The notes beneath the pieces were generated by a model. It was not told the DNA's origin, made no database searches, and saw nothing but the letters and a program-made list of their open reading frames with translations. A stretch of DNA of 14,181 nt from Gemmatimonadota bacterium (GTDB lineage: Bacteria > Latescibacterota > UBA2968 > UBA8231): assembly GCA_038153405.1 (NCBI GenBank), contig JAYOYH010000074.1, forward strand, positions 1 through 14,181, read 5' to 3'. The stretch's first letter is position 1, and the number at the start of each line of letters is the position of its first letter. The translations under genes and the position numbers were made by a program. This document shows, one piece after another, positions 1 through 7,770 of the stretch.

Positions 1-762
1 GGACCAGTCGACGAAGTTTTGGCTCTCAATGCGGCCCATTGCGTGCTTCCAGCGCATGCGTCCATCGGGTCCGTCGATCCACATCTTGCCGTACCAGGCG
101 TAGACCTGGCGCAGCGGATCGAAGAAGACGTCGGTCCCATCGCTCATCGACAGCGGAATGTCCCACGGCTTGTCGAGTGCGTCGTCAAAGGGCACTTCTT
201 CGGCCAGCTGTCCGTATGATATGTTTGACAGCGGTGCGCGCGGATGTTTGTGCCAGTGGATTCCGTCGGCAGAAAAGGCCACGTGCAGGCCGGGGAACTC
301 GCCCTGCGGCGTCTGTGCCCAGTCGAAATAGGCCATCTTGTAGCGCCGATTGAGGTCGCCGTCGCGTTCGTCGACGAGCACGGAGTTGCAGTAGCGCAGC
401 GAGTGACCGCCGCTGCCGATAAGCACGATATTGGTCTGCTCGATATCGCCAAACGGGAACAGGTTGAGCGCGGGCTTTACAAAGTGCAGGCCGTCTTCTG
501 ACTCGGCGTAGCAGACCACGCAGCCGTAGCGTCGGTCGGGAGCGCGGTCACCGGTATAGGCCTGGTACCACAGCTGGTAGCGGCCGTTCTGTGCATCGCG
601 GTGTATGCTGGTCCAGCCGATGGCCACTTCCCACGGTTGGCTTGGCGCCAGCACGCGGCGCGACGCGGGGCGCTGTGCCGGGCAGAAGGTGCGTTCGGTG
701 CCTGCGCGGTAGAGCACGTGGTGATCGTCGACAAAGAGCACAGTTTGCGCGCCGGTGGCCAT
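1..762 (-). CDS. Partial (3' end outside window) beta-propeller glycoside hydrolase-like protein (GH32/GH43-like fold), at least 254 aa
   Basis: Not in the ORF track because there is no stop in the window. My translation from ATG 762 is open to base 1: MATGAQTVLFVDDHHVLYRAG...GRYQLWYQAY...CYAESEDGLHFVKP...RRYKMAY...HVAFSADGIHWHKHP...GRIESQNFVDWS. Three Asp-box-like S-x-D/N-x-x-x-W/F blade motifs. RBS AAGGAG at 772-777. Confidence 0.8.
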   Translation of the reverse strand, partial: MATGAQTVLFVDDHHVLYRAGTERTFCPAQRPASRRVLAPSQPWEVAIGWTSIHRDAQNGRYQLWYQAYTGDRAPDRRYGCVVCYAESEDGLHFVKPALNLFPFGDIEQTNIVLIGSGGHSLRYCNSVLVDERDGDLNRRYKMAYFDWAQTPQGEFPGLHVAFSADGIHWHKHPRAPLSNISYGQLAEEVPFDDALDKPWDIPLSMSDGTDVFFDPLRQVYAWYGKMWIDGPDGRMRWKHAMGRIESQNFVDWS

Positions 763-863
763 GTGCGTTTTCTCCTTGGCTTCACTAAGTATGGGCGTTA
801 CGCCCGATAGTCGCCCTAGTATTAGACAATGGGACGGGCCGGTGCAAACGCGCCCGTACCTGC

Positions 864-892
864 TTGACGGATGCGGGCTAGCCGCCTATACT
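864..892 (+). promoter_or_regulatory. Putative sigma70 promoter TTGACG-N17-TATACT
   Basis: TTGACG 864-869 and TATACT 887-892 each match consensus at 5/6, with an exact 17-nt spacer. Lies upstream of RBS GGAG (907-910) and ATG 919. Confidence 0.7.
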
Positions 893-918
893 GCCGAAAA
901 AAGTACGGAGTCGATGCC

Positions 919-1429
919 ATGAAATTAGGCGTTTTTATGATGCCGCTGCACCGCCGGAAAAAGATCGCACGCTGTGCTTTGAAGAGGACATCGAGCTGAT
1001 TGTGCGCGCCGACCGCCTCGGATTTGGCAAGGCGTGGATCGGTCAGCACCACAGTGTCGCCTGGGAGCCGATACCGGCCAACGATCTCTTTATTTCGCAC
1101 CTAATTCCGCAGACGGAACAGATTCGCTTGGGCACCGGCGTCACCATTATGCCGCAGCACCACCCGGTCAATGTCGCGGTGCGCATGGCAATGCTCGACC
1201 ACCTGTCGCGCGGGCGCATTAACAGCGGCTTCGGCTAGGCGGCGTGCCGACCGACTGGGGACTGTTTGATTTGCCCGATCCCAAGACGCAGGGGCTGATG
1301 ACTGTCGAGGCTACCGGCGGCTTTGATACGCTGCTGCTGATCGCGCACGACTGGGACGAGCGCGAAAAATGGCTGCGCTCGATGGACCTGTTGACGCACC
1401 AGGTCGCGCCGGCTTTACCTTCGCTTTAG
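919..1429 (+). pseudogene. Luciferase-like (LLM class) flavin-dependent monooxygenase pseudogene, LimB-like
   Basis: Three fragments in three frames join to give MKLGVFMMPLH / PEKDRTLCFEEDIELIVRADRLGFGKAWIGQHHS...IRLGTGVTIMPQHHPVNVAVRMAMLDHLSRGRINSGFG / GVPTDWGLFDLPDPKTQGLMTVEA-TGGFDTLLLIAHDWDEREKWLRSMDLLTHQVAPALPSL. One-nt deletions near 951 and near 1236-1240. Reconstructed length is about 170 aa, roughly half a typical LLM protein, implying a large internal deletion near 1312. Confidence 0.85.
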
Positions 1430-2319
1430 GTGCTGTCTGGCAGCACAATATCCGACAGCGCTTCGTAGACCTTGGCTACGGCCGCGTCGTCCAGCCCGCC
1501 CCAGCCTTTGGAAGCGGCCATCGTAAAGAGCTGACTGGCGGCCGCGGCCAGCGGCAGCGGAAAGCGCAGCTGGCTACTCGTATTCAGCACGATCCCCATG
1601 TCCTTGACGAAGATATCGACGGCGCTGCGCGGCGTATAGTCGCCCTCGAGGATGTGCTGCCCGCGGTTTTCAAACATCCACGAGTTGCCCGCCGATTGGC
1701 TGATAATGTCGTAGAGCGTCTGGGGATCGAGGCCGTTTTTTATGCCAAAGCTCATTGCTTCGGCCGCGGCGACAATGTGGACGCCAGCCAAGAGTTGGTT
1801 GATCATTTTGTAGGCCGATCCGCGGCCGGCGCTATCGCCCAGTCTGTGCACGACCGATGCCATGGCGTCGAGTAGCGGTTGGGCGCGGGCAAATGCATCC
1901 GCCGAACCGGAGGCCATGACGGTGAGCGCACCTTCGGCCGCGCGGGCCGTGCCGCCGCTGACGGGCGCGTCCAGATAGTGCAGCCCGCACGCTTCTACGC
2001 GCGAGGCCAGCGCCTCGGCAAAGGGCGGAGGCACCGTGCTGCAGACGACGACGACCGCACTCCGTTGCAGCTGTGCGGCGGCACCGTTGGGCCCAAAGAG
2101 TACTCCTTCCACCTGGTCGGCGTCGACGACGACGACCAGCAGGGCGTCGCAGTCGGATGGCAGTTTGTCCGGTGCGTCGACCGCTGCTGCACCGCGCGCT
2201 GCGATGCGTTCGAGTGCGCCCCGATTGATATCGCAGCCGACGACGTCGATGCCGGCCCGCAGCAGCGACTCGGCCATGCCCAAGCCCATCGATCCTAAGC
2301 CAACCACCGCTGTTTTCAC
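1426..2319 (-). CDS. ltnD: L-threonate dehydrogenase (LtnD/YgbJ; 3-hydroxyisobutyrate dehydrogenase family)
   Basis: GLGSMG Rossmann motif, LDAPVSGG, catalytic Lys in KMINQLLAGVHI, and LtnD-type AGNSWMFENR...GDYTPRSAVDIFVKD. GTG 2319 is preferred over GTG 2325 because AGGAGG lies 7 nt upstream. Confidence 0.82.
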   Translation of the reverse strand: MKTAVVGLGSMGLGMAESLLRAGIDVVGCDINRGALERIAARGAAAVDAPDKLPSDCDALLVVVVDADQVEGVLFGPNGAAAQLQRSAVVVVCSTVPPPFAEALASRVEACGLHYLDAPVSGGTARAAEGALTVMASGSADAFARAQPLLDAMASVVHRLGDSAGRGSAYKMINQLLAGVHIVAAAEAMSFGIKNGLDPQTLYDIISQSAGNSWMFENRGQHILEGDYTPRSAVDIFVKDMGIVLNTSSQLRFPLPLAAAASQLFTMAASKGWGGLDDAAVAKVYEALSDIVLPDST

Positions 2320-2333
2320 CCGCACACCTCCTC

Positions 2334-3095
2334 CTAAATGCGCGGCATGACGTTGCCGCCGGCCACCGGTAGATAGACGCCCGTGATAAAAGAGGCCAAG
2401 TCAGAAGCCAAAAAAGCAACGGCGTGGGCGATGTCCCTATCGTCGCCGCGCCGGCCCAGCGGTACGTTTTTTACGTAGTGGGCATCGTCTACCGGCTGGG
2501 CGCGGTATTTATCGCTGATCATCCAGCCGGGCGCGACCTGATTGACGGTAATGCCGTGCTGGCCTACTTCGCGCGCCAATACGCGCAGCACGCGGTCTTG
2601 GCCGCCCTTGCCCGATATATAGGCCGACTGTCCGGGGTTGCACTGCATAGTGCATTCGGTATTGGTGGCGATTACGCGGCCCCACTGGCGTTCGATCATG
2701 TCTGGAACAAAGGCTTTGGCCATGAGGACATTGTGCAGCACGCAGGTGCGAAACTGGCTCGCGTAGTCGGCCTCGTCCTGTTCCAAGACGGATGTCCATC
2801 CATACTGTTCGACCGCGTTATTGACGATGATATCGGCCGGTCCAAAGGCCTCTTTGACCGCGTCGCGCAGAGCAAAGACGGAGGTGCGCTCGGATACATC
2901 GGCCTGCAGGGTGATGGCCTGACCACCTGCATCGTCTATTTCTGCACGCGCCTTTTCTGCGCGCTCTTGTCCCTTGTAATAGTGCAGCACTACGCGCGCA
3001 CCGCACGAAGCGAGCGTGCGGGCTATAGTGCGGCCGAGTTCGCCGCTGGCGCCAGTGACAACGGCCACGCGGTCGGTTAGATCCATGGTCAGCAT
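2334..3095 (-). CDS. Short-chain dehydrogenase/reductase (FabG-like SDR), 253 aa
   Basis: VVTGASGELG, IIVNNA, YISGK (YxxxK), VNQVAPG, FLASDLASFITG. Start moved to ATG 3095 (MLTMDLTDRV) with RBS AAAGGA at 3101-3106. Confidence 0.9.
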   Translation of the reverse strand: MLTMDLTDRVAVVTGASGELGRTIARTLASCGARVVLHYYKGQERAEKARAEIDDAGGQAITLQADVSERTSVFALRDAVKEAFGPADIIVNNAVEQYGWTSVLEQDEADYASQFRTCVLHNVLMAKAFVPDMIERQWGRVIATNTECTMQCNPGQSAYISGKGGQDRVLRVLAREVGQHGITVNQVAPGWMISDKYRAQPVDDAHYVKNVPLGRRGDDRDIAHAVAFLASDLASFITGVYLPVAGGNVMPRI

Positions 3096-3127
3096 GGCAA
3101 TCCTTTCATCCGATTCATGTAATGAGA

Positions 3128-3634
3128 TTAGAACTGTGCCGCTAGGTCGCGCAGCGCCTGTCCGGTGACGCGCTGCACGGTCCACTCGTCCTGCGGTTGG
3201 GCACCTAAGCGGCGGTAAAAGCGCAGGGCCGGCTCGTTCCAGTCTAGAACCGACCACTCTAAGCGTCCGCAGTCGCGCTGGACGGCTAGCTGGGCCAGAT
3301 AGCGCAGCAGCGCGCCACCAAAGCCGCGTCCGCGCCAGTCCGGATCGACAAATAAATCCTCCAAATAGAGACCCGGCTGGGCGAGAAACGTTGAGTAGTT
3401 GGAGAAAAAGAGGGCAAAGGCAACCGGTTGATCGCGATAGTAACCGAGTACGACCTCGGCGGCTGGGCGGTCGCCAAACAGCGTCTGGCGCAGCGTGTCT
3501 TCCGTAGCGACGACCTCGTGGGCGAGCTTTTCGTATTTAGCAAGTCCCTCGATAAAGCGGAGAATCTGTCCGCAGTCGTCTTCGATCGCTGGGCGCAGGG
3601 AAAAATCGTCGATGCGGGTGGCAGTAGCAGTCAC
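3128..3634 (-). CDS. GNAT N-acetyltransferase, diamine/spermidine acetyltransferase (SSAT)-like, 168 aa
   Basis: LAKYEKL, NYSTF, LYLEDLFVDPDWRGRGFG (acetyl-CoA motif A), RLEWSVLDWNEPALRFYRRLGA. Start GTG 3634 with RBS AAGGAA at 3641-3646. Confidence 0.9.
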   Translation of the reverse strand: MTATATRIDDFSLRPAIEDDCGQILRFIEGLAKYEKLAHEVVATEDTLRQTLFGDRPAAEVVLGYYRDQPVAFALFFSNYSTFLAQPGLYLEDLFVDPDWRGRGFGGALLRYLAQLAVQRDCGRLEWSVLDWNEPALRFYRRLGAQPQDEWTVQRVTGQALRDLAAQF

Positions 3635-3692
3635 GTGAAATTCCTTGTTGGAAGTGCAGCATGGCAGACGTGGGCGAGCAGGGAAAAATCGC

Positions 3693-4505
3693 TTACCAAA
3701 AAAGAGAAAAGACCAGTCGATAGACCCGGTGGCGCAGCGGACCGTAGTGCTTGTGGGCAAAGGCGGTCAGCCCCTCGCGCAGCAGGCGTTTACGGTGTGC
3801 TCGATCGATCGGCACTTTGTTGTGATAGTGATACGCCTGCGAAGAGGGTGCGTAGAGCACGGGCCGTCCTAATTGGTAACTGCGGTAGCATAGATCGGCG
3901 TCCTCGCCGTACATGAAAATCTCGCCGTCCCAGCCGTCGAGTGCATCGAATACATCGCGGCGTATCCACAGGTAGGCCCCCGTGGTCCAGGCGACCTGGC
4001 GTTCCTCTTCGTAGCGCAGATAGTGGCGCTGAGAAAAGCGATCGAGCAGTGGGCGCAGAGGTGGTGCCCAACTCAGTAGGCGGTCGAGAAGTAAGCTGGT
4101 CAACGTGGGGAAGGCGCCCACTGAACGCTCCGTCTGGCCGTCGGCATCGGAGAGTTTTCCACCAAAAATGCCGAAGTGCGGTTGGTCTGCGGCGACGTCG
4201 AGCATGGCGCGCAGCGCGCCGGGTGGCACCTCGGTATCCGGGTTCAAAAAGAGCAGCATTGGCGCACTGGTCTCGGCCGCGCCGATGTTGTTGTTGTGGG
4301 CAAAGCCGTGTATGTGGTCATTGCGGACGAGCGTCACCTCGGGGAATTCGCCCTCGACCATTTCGCAGCTGCCGTCTTCCGAGCAGTTGTCTACGACGGC
4401 AATTTCCAGCGCTACGTCATCGTGCGCACGCAGCGAATGCAGACAGCCGCGGACCCAGTTGCGAGTATTCATGCCCACGATGACAATGGCTAGTTCAGTC
4501 GCCAC
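3693..4505 (-). CDS. Glycosyltransferase family 2 (WbbL/rhamnosyltransferase-like)
   Basis: VVDNCSEDGS, GFAHNNNIG, LLFLNPDT, WTTGAYLWIRR and FMYGEDADLCYR motifs. Starts 3 nt after the fhs stop. Confidence 0.88.
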   Translation of the reverse strand: MATELAIVIVGMNTRNWVRGCLHSLRAHDDVALEIAVVDNCSEDGSCEMVEGEFPEVTLVRNDHIHGFAHNNNIGAAETSAPMLLFLNPDTEVPPGALRAMLDVAADQPHFGIFGGKLSDADGQTERSVGAFPTLTSLLLDRLLSWAPPLRPLLDRFSQRHYLRYEEERQVAWTTGAYLWIRRDVFDALDGWDGEIFMYGEDADLCYRSYQLGRPVLYAPSSQAYHYHNKVPIDRAHRKRLLREGLTAFAHKHYGPLRHRVYRLVFSLFW

Positions 4506-4508
4506 GTC

Positions 4509-6179
4509 TCAGAACAGCCCCACGATTTGGCCGTTCTCGTCGAAGTCGATTGCCTCGGCGGCCGGCACCCGCGGCAGGCCAGGCATGGTGACGATATCGC
4601 CGGTCAATACGACGATAAAACCGGCACCGGCCGAGAGGCGCACTTCGCGCACGGGTACTTCAAAGCCGCGCGGTCGTCCCCTGAGCAGAGGATTGGTCGA
4701 CAGCGAGTACTGGGTTTTGGCCAGGCATACGGGCAGGTGGCCGTAGCCGGATTCCTCGAGTTGGGCAACTTGTTTGCGCAGACGGGTATCGCCGGTGATG
4801 TCGTCGGCCCCGTAGATCTGGCGCGCGACCGTGCGCACTTTTTCCCACAGCGGCATATCGTCGGGGTAGAGCAGCCGAAAAGAGCTCGTTTCAGCATCGA
4901 TGGTTTGGACTACAGCCTCGGCCAGTGCTTCTGCGCCGGCGCCCCCGCGCGCCCAGTGCTCGGACAGAGCCACGCGCACGCCCAGGTCGTCGCAGAGGCC
5001 GCACAGGGTATCCAATTCGGCGGGGCTATCGCCGCTAAAGGCGTTGATCGCCACGACGACGGGGATTCCGTAGCGGCGCACATTCTCCACGTGTTTGGCC
5101 AGGTTAGCCGCGCCCTTTTTTACGGCTGCGGCGTCTTCCTTGGCCAGCGCGTTGCGCGCCTTGCCGCCGTGAAATTTGAGGGCGCGCACCGTGGCCACTA
5201 GTACGGCTATGTCGGGGTGTAAGCCGGCTTGCCGACATTTAATATCGAAGAATTTCTCCGCGCCCAGATCGGCGCCAAAGCCCGCTTCGGTGATGGTATA
5301 ATCGGCCAGCGCCATGCTCAGGCGCGTGGCGATTAGCGAGGAGCAGCCGTGGGCGATATTGGCAAATGGGCCGCCGTGCACCAGGGCTGGATTGCCTTCC
5401 AGCGTCTGCACCAGATTGGGTTTGATGGCGTCCTTGAGCAGCACGGCCATCGCGCCGTGCACTCTGAGGTCGGCAGCGCGCACGGCCTGATCGTCATACG
5501 TGTGGGCGACGACCATACGCCCTAGGCGTTCCTTGAGATCCGCCGCTGATTCGCACAGGCACAGGATGGCCATGACTTCTGAGGCGACGGCGATATCAAA
5601 GCTCGTTTCGCGCGGAATGGAGTTGCCCGTTCCCCCTAAGCCGATAACGATATCGCGCAGCGAGCGGTCGTTCATATCCAGAGCGCGGCGCCACAGCACG
5701 CGGCGCGGATCGATGGACAGGGCGTTGCCGTGGTGCAAGTGGTTATCTACGGTGGCGGCCAGTAGGTTATTGGCCGTAGAGACGGCGTGGATATCGCCGG
5801 TAAAGTGCAGGTTGATATCTTCCATCGGCGCGACCTGCGCATAGCCGCCGCCGGTGGCACCGCCCTTCATGCCAAAGCAGGGACCGAGCGACGGCTCGCG
5901 CAGGCACAGGGTCGCGCGTCGCCCAATGCGGTTGAGCCCGTCGGCTAGGCCAATACTCGTCGTGGTCTTGCCCTCGCCGGCCGGCGTCGGGTTAATCGCC
6001 GATACGAGGATGAGCTTGCCTCGTTTGCCCTCGCGCATGGCGCTGCAAAAATCAAGCGAGATCTTTGCCTTGTCGCGCCCGTACAGTTCCAAATATTGGC
6101 GGTCAATGCCCAGCTTTTCGCCGATCTGTTCAATGGGCAACAGGTCGGCTGCGCGCGCTATTTTGATATCGGGTTGCAA
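4509..6179 (-). CDS. fhs: Formate--tetrahydrofolate ligase
   Basis: [60 protein letters not shown] 6179 (MQPDIKIAR) follows AAAGAGGA and gives a typical length of 556 aa. Confidence 0.97.
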   Translation of the reverse strand: MQPDIKIARAADLLPIEQIGEKLGIDRQYLELYGRDKAKISLDFCSAMREGKRGKLILVSAINPTPAGEGKTTTSIGLADGLNRIGRRATLCLREPSLGPCFGMKGGATGGGYAQVAPMEDINLHFTGDIHAVSTANNLLAATVDNHLHHGNALSIDPRRVLWRRALDMNDRSLRDIVIGLGGTGNSIPRETSFDIAVASEVMAILCLCESAADLKERLGRMVVAHTYDDQAVRAADLRVHGAMAVLLKDAIKPNLVQTLEGNPALVHGGPFANIAHGCSSLIATRLSMALADYTITEAGFGADLGAEKFFDIKCRQAGLHPDIAVLVATVRALKFHGGKARNALAKEDAAAVKKGAANLAKHVENVRRYGIPVVVAINAFSGDSPAELDTLCGLCDDLGVRVALSEHWARGGAGAEALAEAVVQTIDAETSSFRLLYPDDMPLWEKVRTVARQIYGADDITGDTRLRKQVAQLEESGYGHLPVCLAKTQYSLSTNPLLRGRPRGFEVPVREVRLSAGAGFIVVLTGDIVTMPGLPRVPAAEAIDFDENGQIVGLF

Positions 6180-6219
6180 TAGTCCTCTTTCTTTAATCTT
6201 CGCGTGATGCGTTATGCCA

Positions 6220-6738
6220 TTACTCGGAAATTTTTTGCAGTAGGCCGACGGCGCCAAACTCGTAGCTGGCGTCCTTATCGGGTAACTCTTCTAAGTATAC
6301 CGTGAAGCGCACGGGCAGGCCGTTGTCGGGCATTTTTTCTTTCCAATAGCGCGCATAGGCTTCGGCGTATTCTTTGCGGATGCGCTTTTTCTCGTCGGCG
6401 TAGCCCTCCGGGTCAACCAGCGAATTGGGCGCTTTGGGCGCGGCGCCAAAGGAGTGTACTTCGAGAAAGTCCACTTCCGCTAGCGACTGGCAGATGCCCG
6501 CTTCGCGCAGGTACATTTCCCAGGTGTCAAAGATGCGCGGAATCTCTCGTTCGGGGTTCATTTTAGCCACTTCGTCCAATCCCAATTCGTTGGTAGCAGC
6601 AATAGCACCGGTCATGCCGACAAAGCGAATTTTCAGATCGCCGTTGTCCAACTCTTCGACGACTAAATCGGAGAAGAGGTCGTTGCTCTTTTTGCGGTAA
6701 TAGGTGACGCGACCGCGCTTTTTTACTTCCCAATCCAT
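6220..6738 (-). CDS. Hypothetical protein, probable divergent Rid (YjgF/YER057c/UK114) fold, 172 aa
   Basis: ATG with AAAGG RBS and TAA stop, fills the gap between two genes. C-terminus EAYARYW...[25 protein letters not shown] aligns by eye with RidA ATYEAFF...FPARSCVEVARLPKDVKIEIEAIA. The CDS is confident; the family call is moderate. Confidence 0.7.
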   Translation of the reverse strand: MDWEVKKRGRVTYYRKKSNDLFSDLVVEELDNGDLKIRFVGMTGAIAATNELGLDEVAKMNPEREIPRIFDTWEMYLREAGICQSLAEVDFLEVHSFGAAPKAPNSLVDPEGYADEKKRIRKEYAEAYARYWKEKMPDNGLPVRFTVYLEELPDKDASYEFGAVGLLQKISE

Positions 6739-6786
6739 CAGAGGCCTTTCTGTGTAAAATTCGTCGATCTACTCTGCGTTGCCCGT

Positions 6787-7605
6787 TTAAAATTCGTAGT
6801 CAATCGACCACGCCAGCGCTTGACCCGGCGCGGCGCTGCGTTCGAGAAAGGGCTCCCAAGAGAAGGTATTTTGGTTGCCCCAAATGGGAAAAAAGCTAGG
6901 CACATAGGAGCAGGTTGCCGCCACTAGGCCAACGACGGGGTGTTTCTGCAGAATCACCAAGTTGCTGTGTGCCTCGTGCGTCAGGGCCTGGTAGTAGCCC
7001 TTTTCCCAGTGTGGCCAGTTTTTGCGCGCGATAAAACCGCTCTCTGCCGTAGCATAGCCGTCGTTTTCTGGAAACGAGACGGGAATATTGAACCGGCAGA
7101 GTTCGTCGCCATCTGTCTGCGGGTAGAATGGGTGGGGAAACCAGCGGATGGGAATGGAGCGACGACCGGTGTTGTTGAGGGCAATCGACGAGCGCACGGT
7201 GCGGCCGTGCAGCGCCACTTCGCGCGTCAGCGCGAGGGCGAAGTGGGCAAATTCTTGCTCGGTGTGCATGCGAAGAGTGCCGCCCTGCTGCTGCACGTCC
7301 CAGCGGCAGAATTCCTCGACCTCGTTCTTGTCCAAATCACAGCGGCCAATGCCGATAATAAGCGCCTGCGCATCGGACGACTTGGCGTCTTTGAGCGGGC
7401 TCTGATTAAAGGCGTCGGGGATGCCCTGACCATCAAAGGTGTTAAAGCTGTTGGGATAGGTTGGCCCGGAAAGCAGCGGCCCCTTTTCCGCATCGGTTAC
7501 CTGGAAGATATAGCCTCCGGTGCAGTAGCGCGTGCCAAAGCGCTCCCTATCGGCGATGGGGTCGAGAATGTCTACAGAAAGCTGGTCGTTGTGCAGCGTA
7601 TACAC
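6787..7605 (-). CDS. Galactose mutarotase / aldose 1-epimerase-like protein
   Basis: N-terminal TLHNDQLSVDI, IALNNTG...IRWFPHPFY (His motif), FSWEPF (catalytic Glu position), C-terminal PGQ..W strand. GTG start with RBS AGGAG at 7612-7616. Confidence 0.72.
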   Translation of the reverse strand: MYTLHNDQLSVDILDPIADRERFGTRYCTGGYIFQVTDAEKGPLLSGPTYPNSFNTFDGQGIPDAFNQSPLKDAKSSDAQALIIGIGRCDLDKNEVEEFCRWDVQQQGGTLRMHTEQEFAHFALALTREVALHGRTVRSSIALNNTGRRSIPIRWFPHPFYPQTDGDELCRFNIPVSFPENDGYATAESGFIARKNWPHWEKGYYQALTHEAHSNLVILQKHPVVGLVAATCSYVPSFFPIWGNQNTFSWEPFLERSAAPGQALAWSIDYEF

Positions 7606-7702
7606 AGTCGTCTCCTGTCGGTGATGAGCACTGCTGACAGCAGCACGTGCTCTGCAAATAGGGCGTGGCGCCGTCTACATTTGTCGCGCCAACGCGTAAC
7701 AC

Positions 7703-7733
7703 AATATAGGAAGCGCACCGTGCCGCGAGCCAA
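7703..7733 (-). promoter_or_regulatory. Possible promoter for the mutarotase-Rid-fhs block
   Basis: Minus-strand TATATT (7703-7708) and TTGGCT (7728-7733). The 19-nt spacer is suboptimal. Confidence 0.3.
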
Positions 7734-7770
7734 TGGGTTGGGTCGGTGGAAAAGTTGTTTGGCGCGCTAT

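Noticed and set aside
19..810. Short ORFs listed in 19-810 on both strands
   Set aside because: They are shadow or alternative frames of the real minus-strand gene at 1-762, which has an RBS and recognisable motifs.
952..963. CGG AAA AAG as a programmed -1 frameshift site that would restore the LLM frame
   Set aside because: It is not a full X XXY YYZ heptamer, the family pattern PLHPP places the lesion upstream, and the second frameshift and large deletion would still inactivate the gene.
1236..1238. In-frame TAG as a readthrough or pyrrolysine codon
   Set aside because: Homology continues in a different frame, so readthrough would not help. Other genes here use TAG as a normal stop.
2044..2136. 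GAC trinucleotide runs
   Set aside because: These are GTC valine codons of beta-strands in ltnD, not a repeat element.
6180..6219. ZTP or THF riboswitch upstream of fhs
   Set aside because: The gap is only 40 nt and has no matching conserved motifs.
2334..6257. Extended ORF-track starts (3257, 3760, 6257; also 12964 for the second PhyH)
   Set aside because: The extensions overlap neighbouring genes and lack family similarity. Downstream starts have an RBS and give typical lengths.
6755..6797. Direct repeat TAAAATTCGT at 6755-6764 and 6788-6797, duplicating the mutarotase 3' end
   Set aside because: Only 10 bp in two copies with no integrase or transposase nearby; compatible with chance in a 14-kb window.
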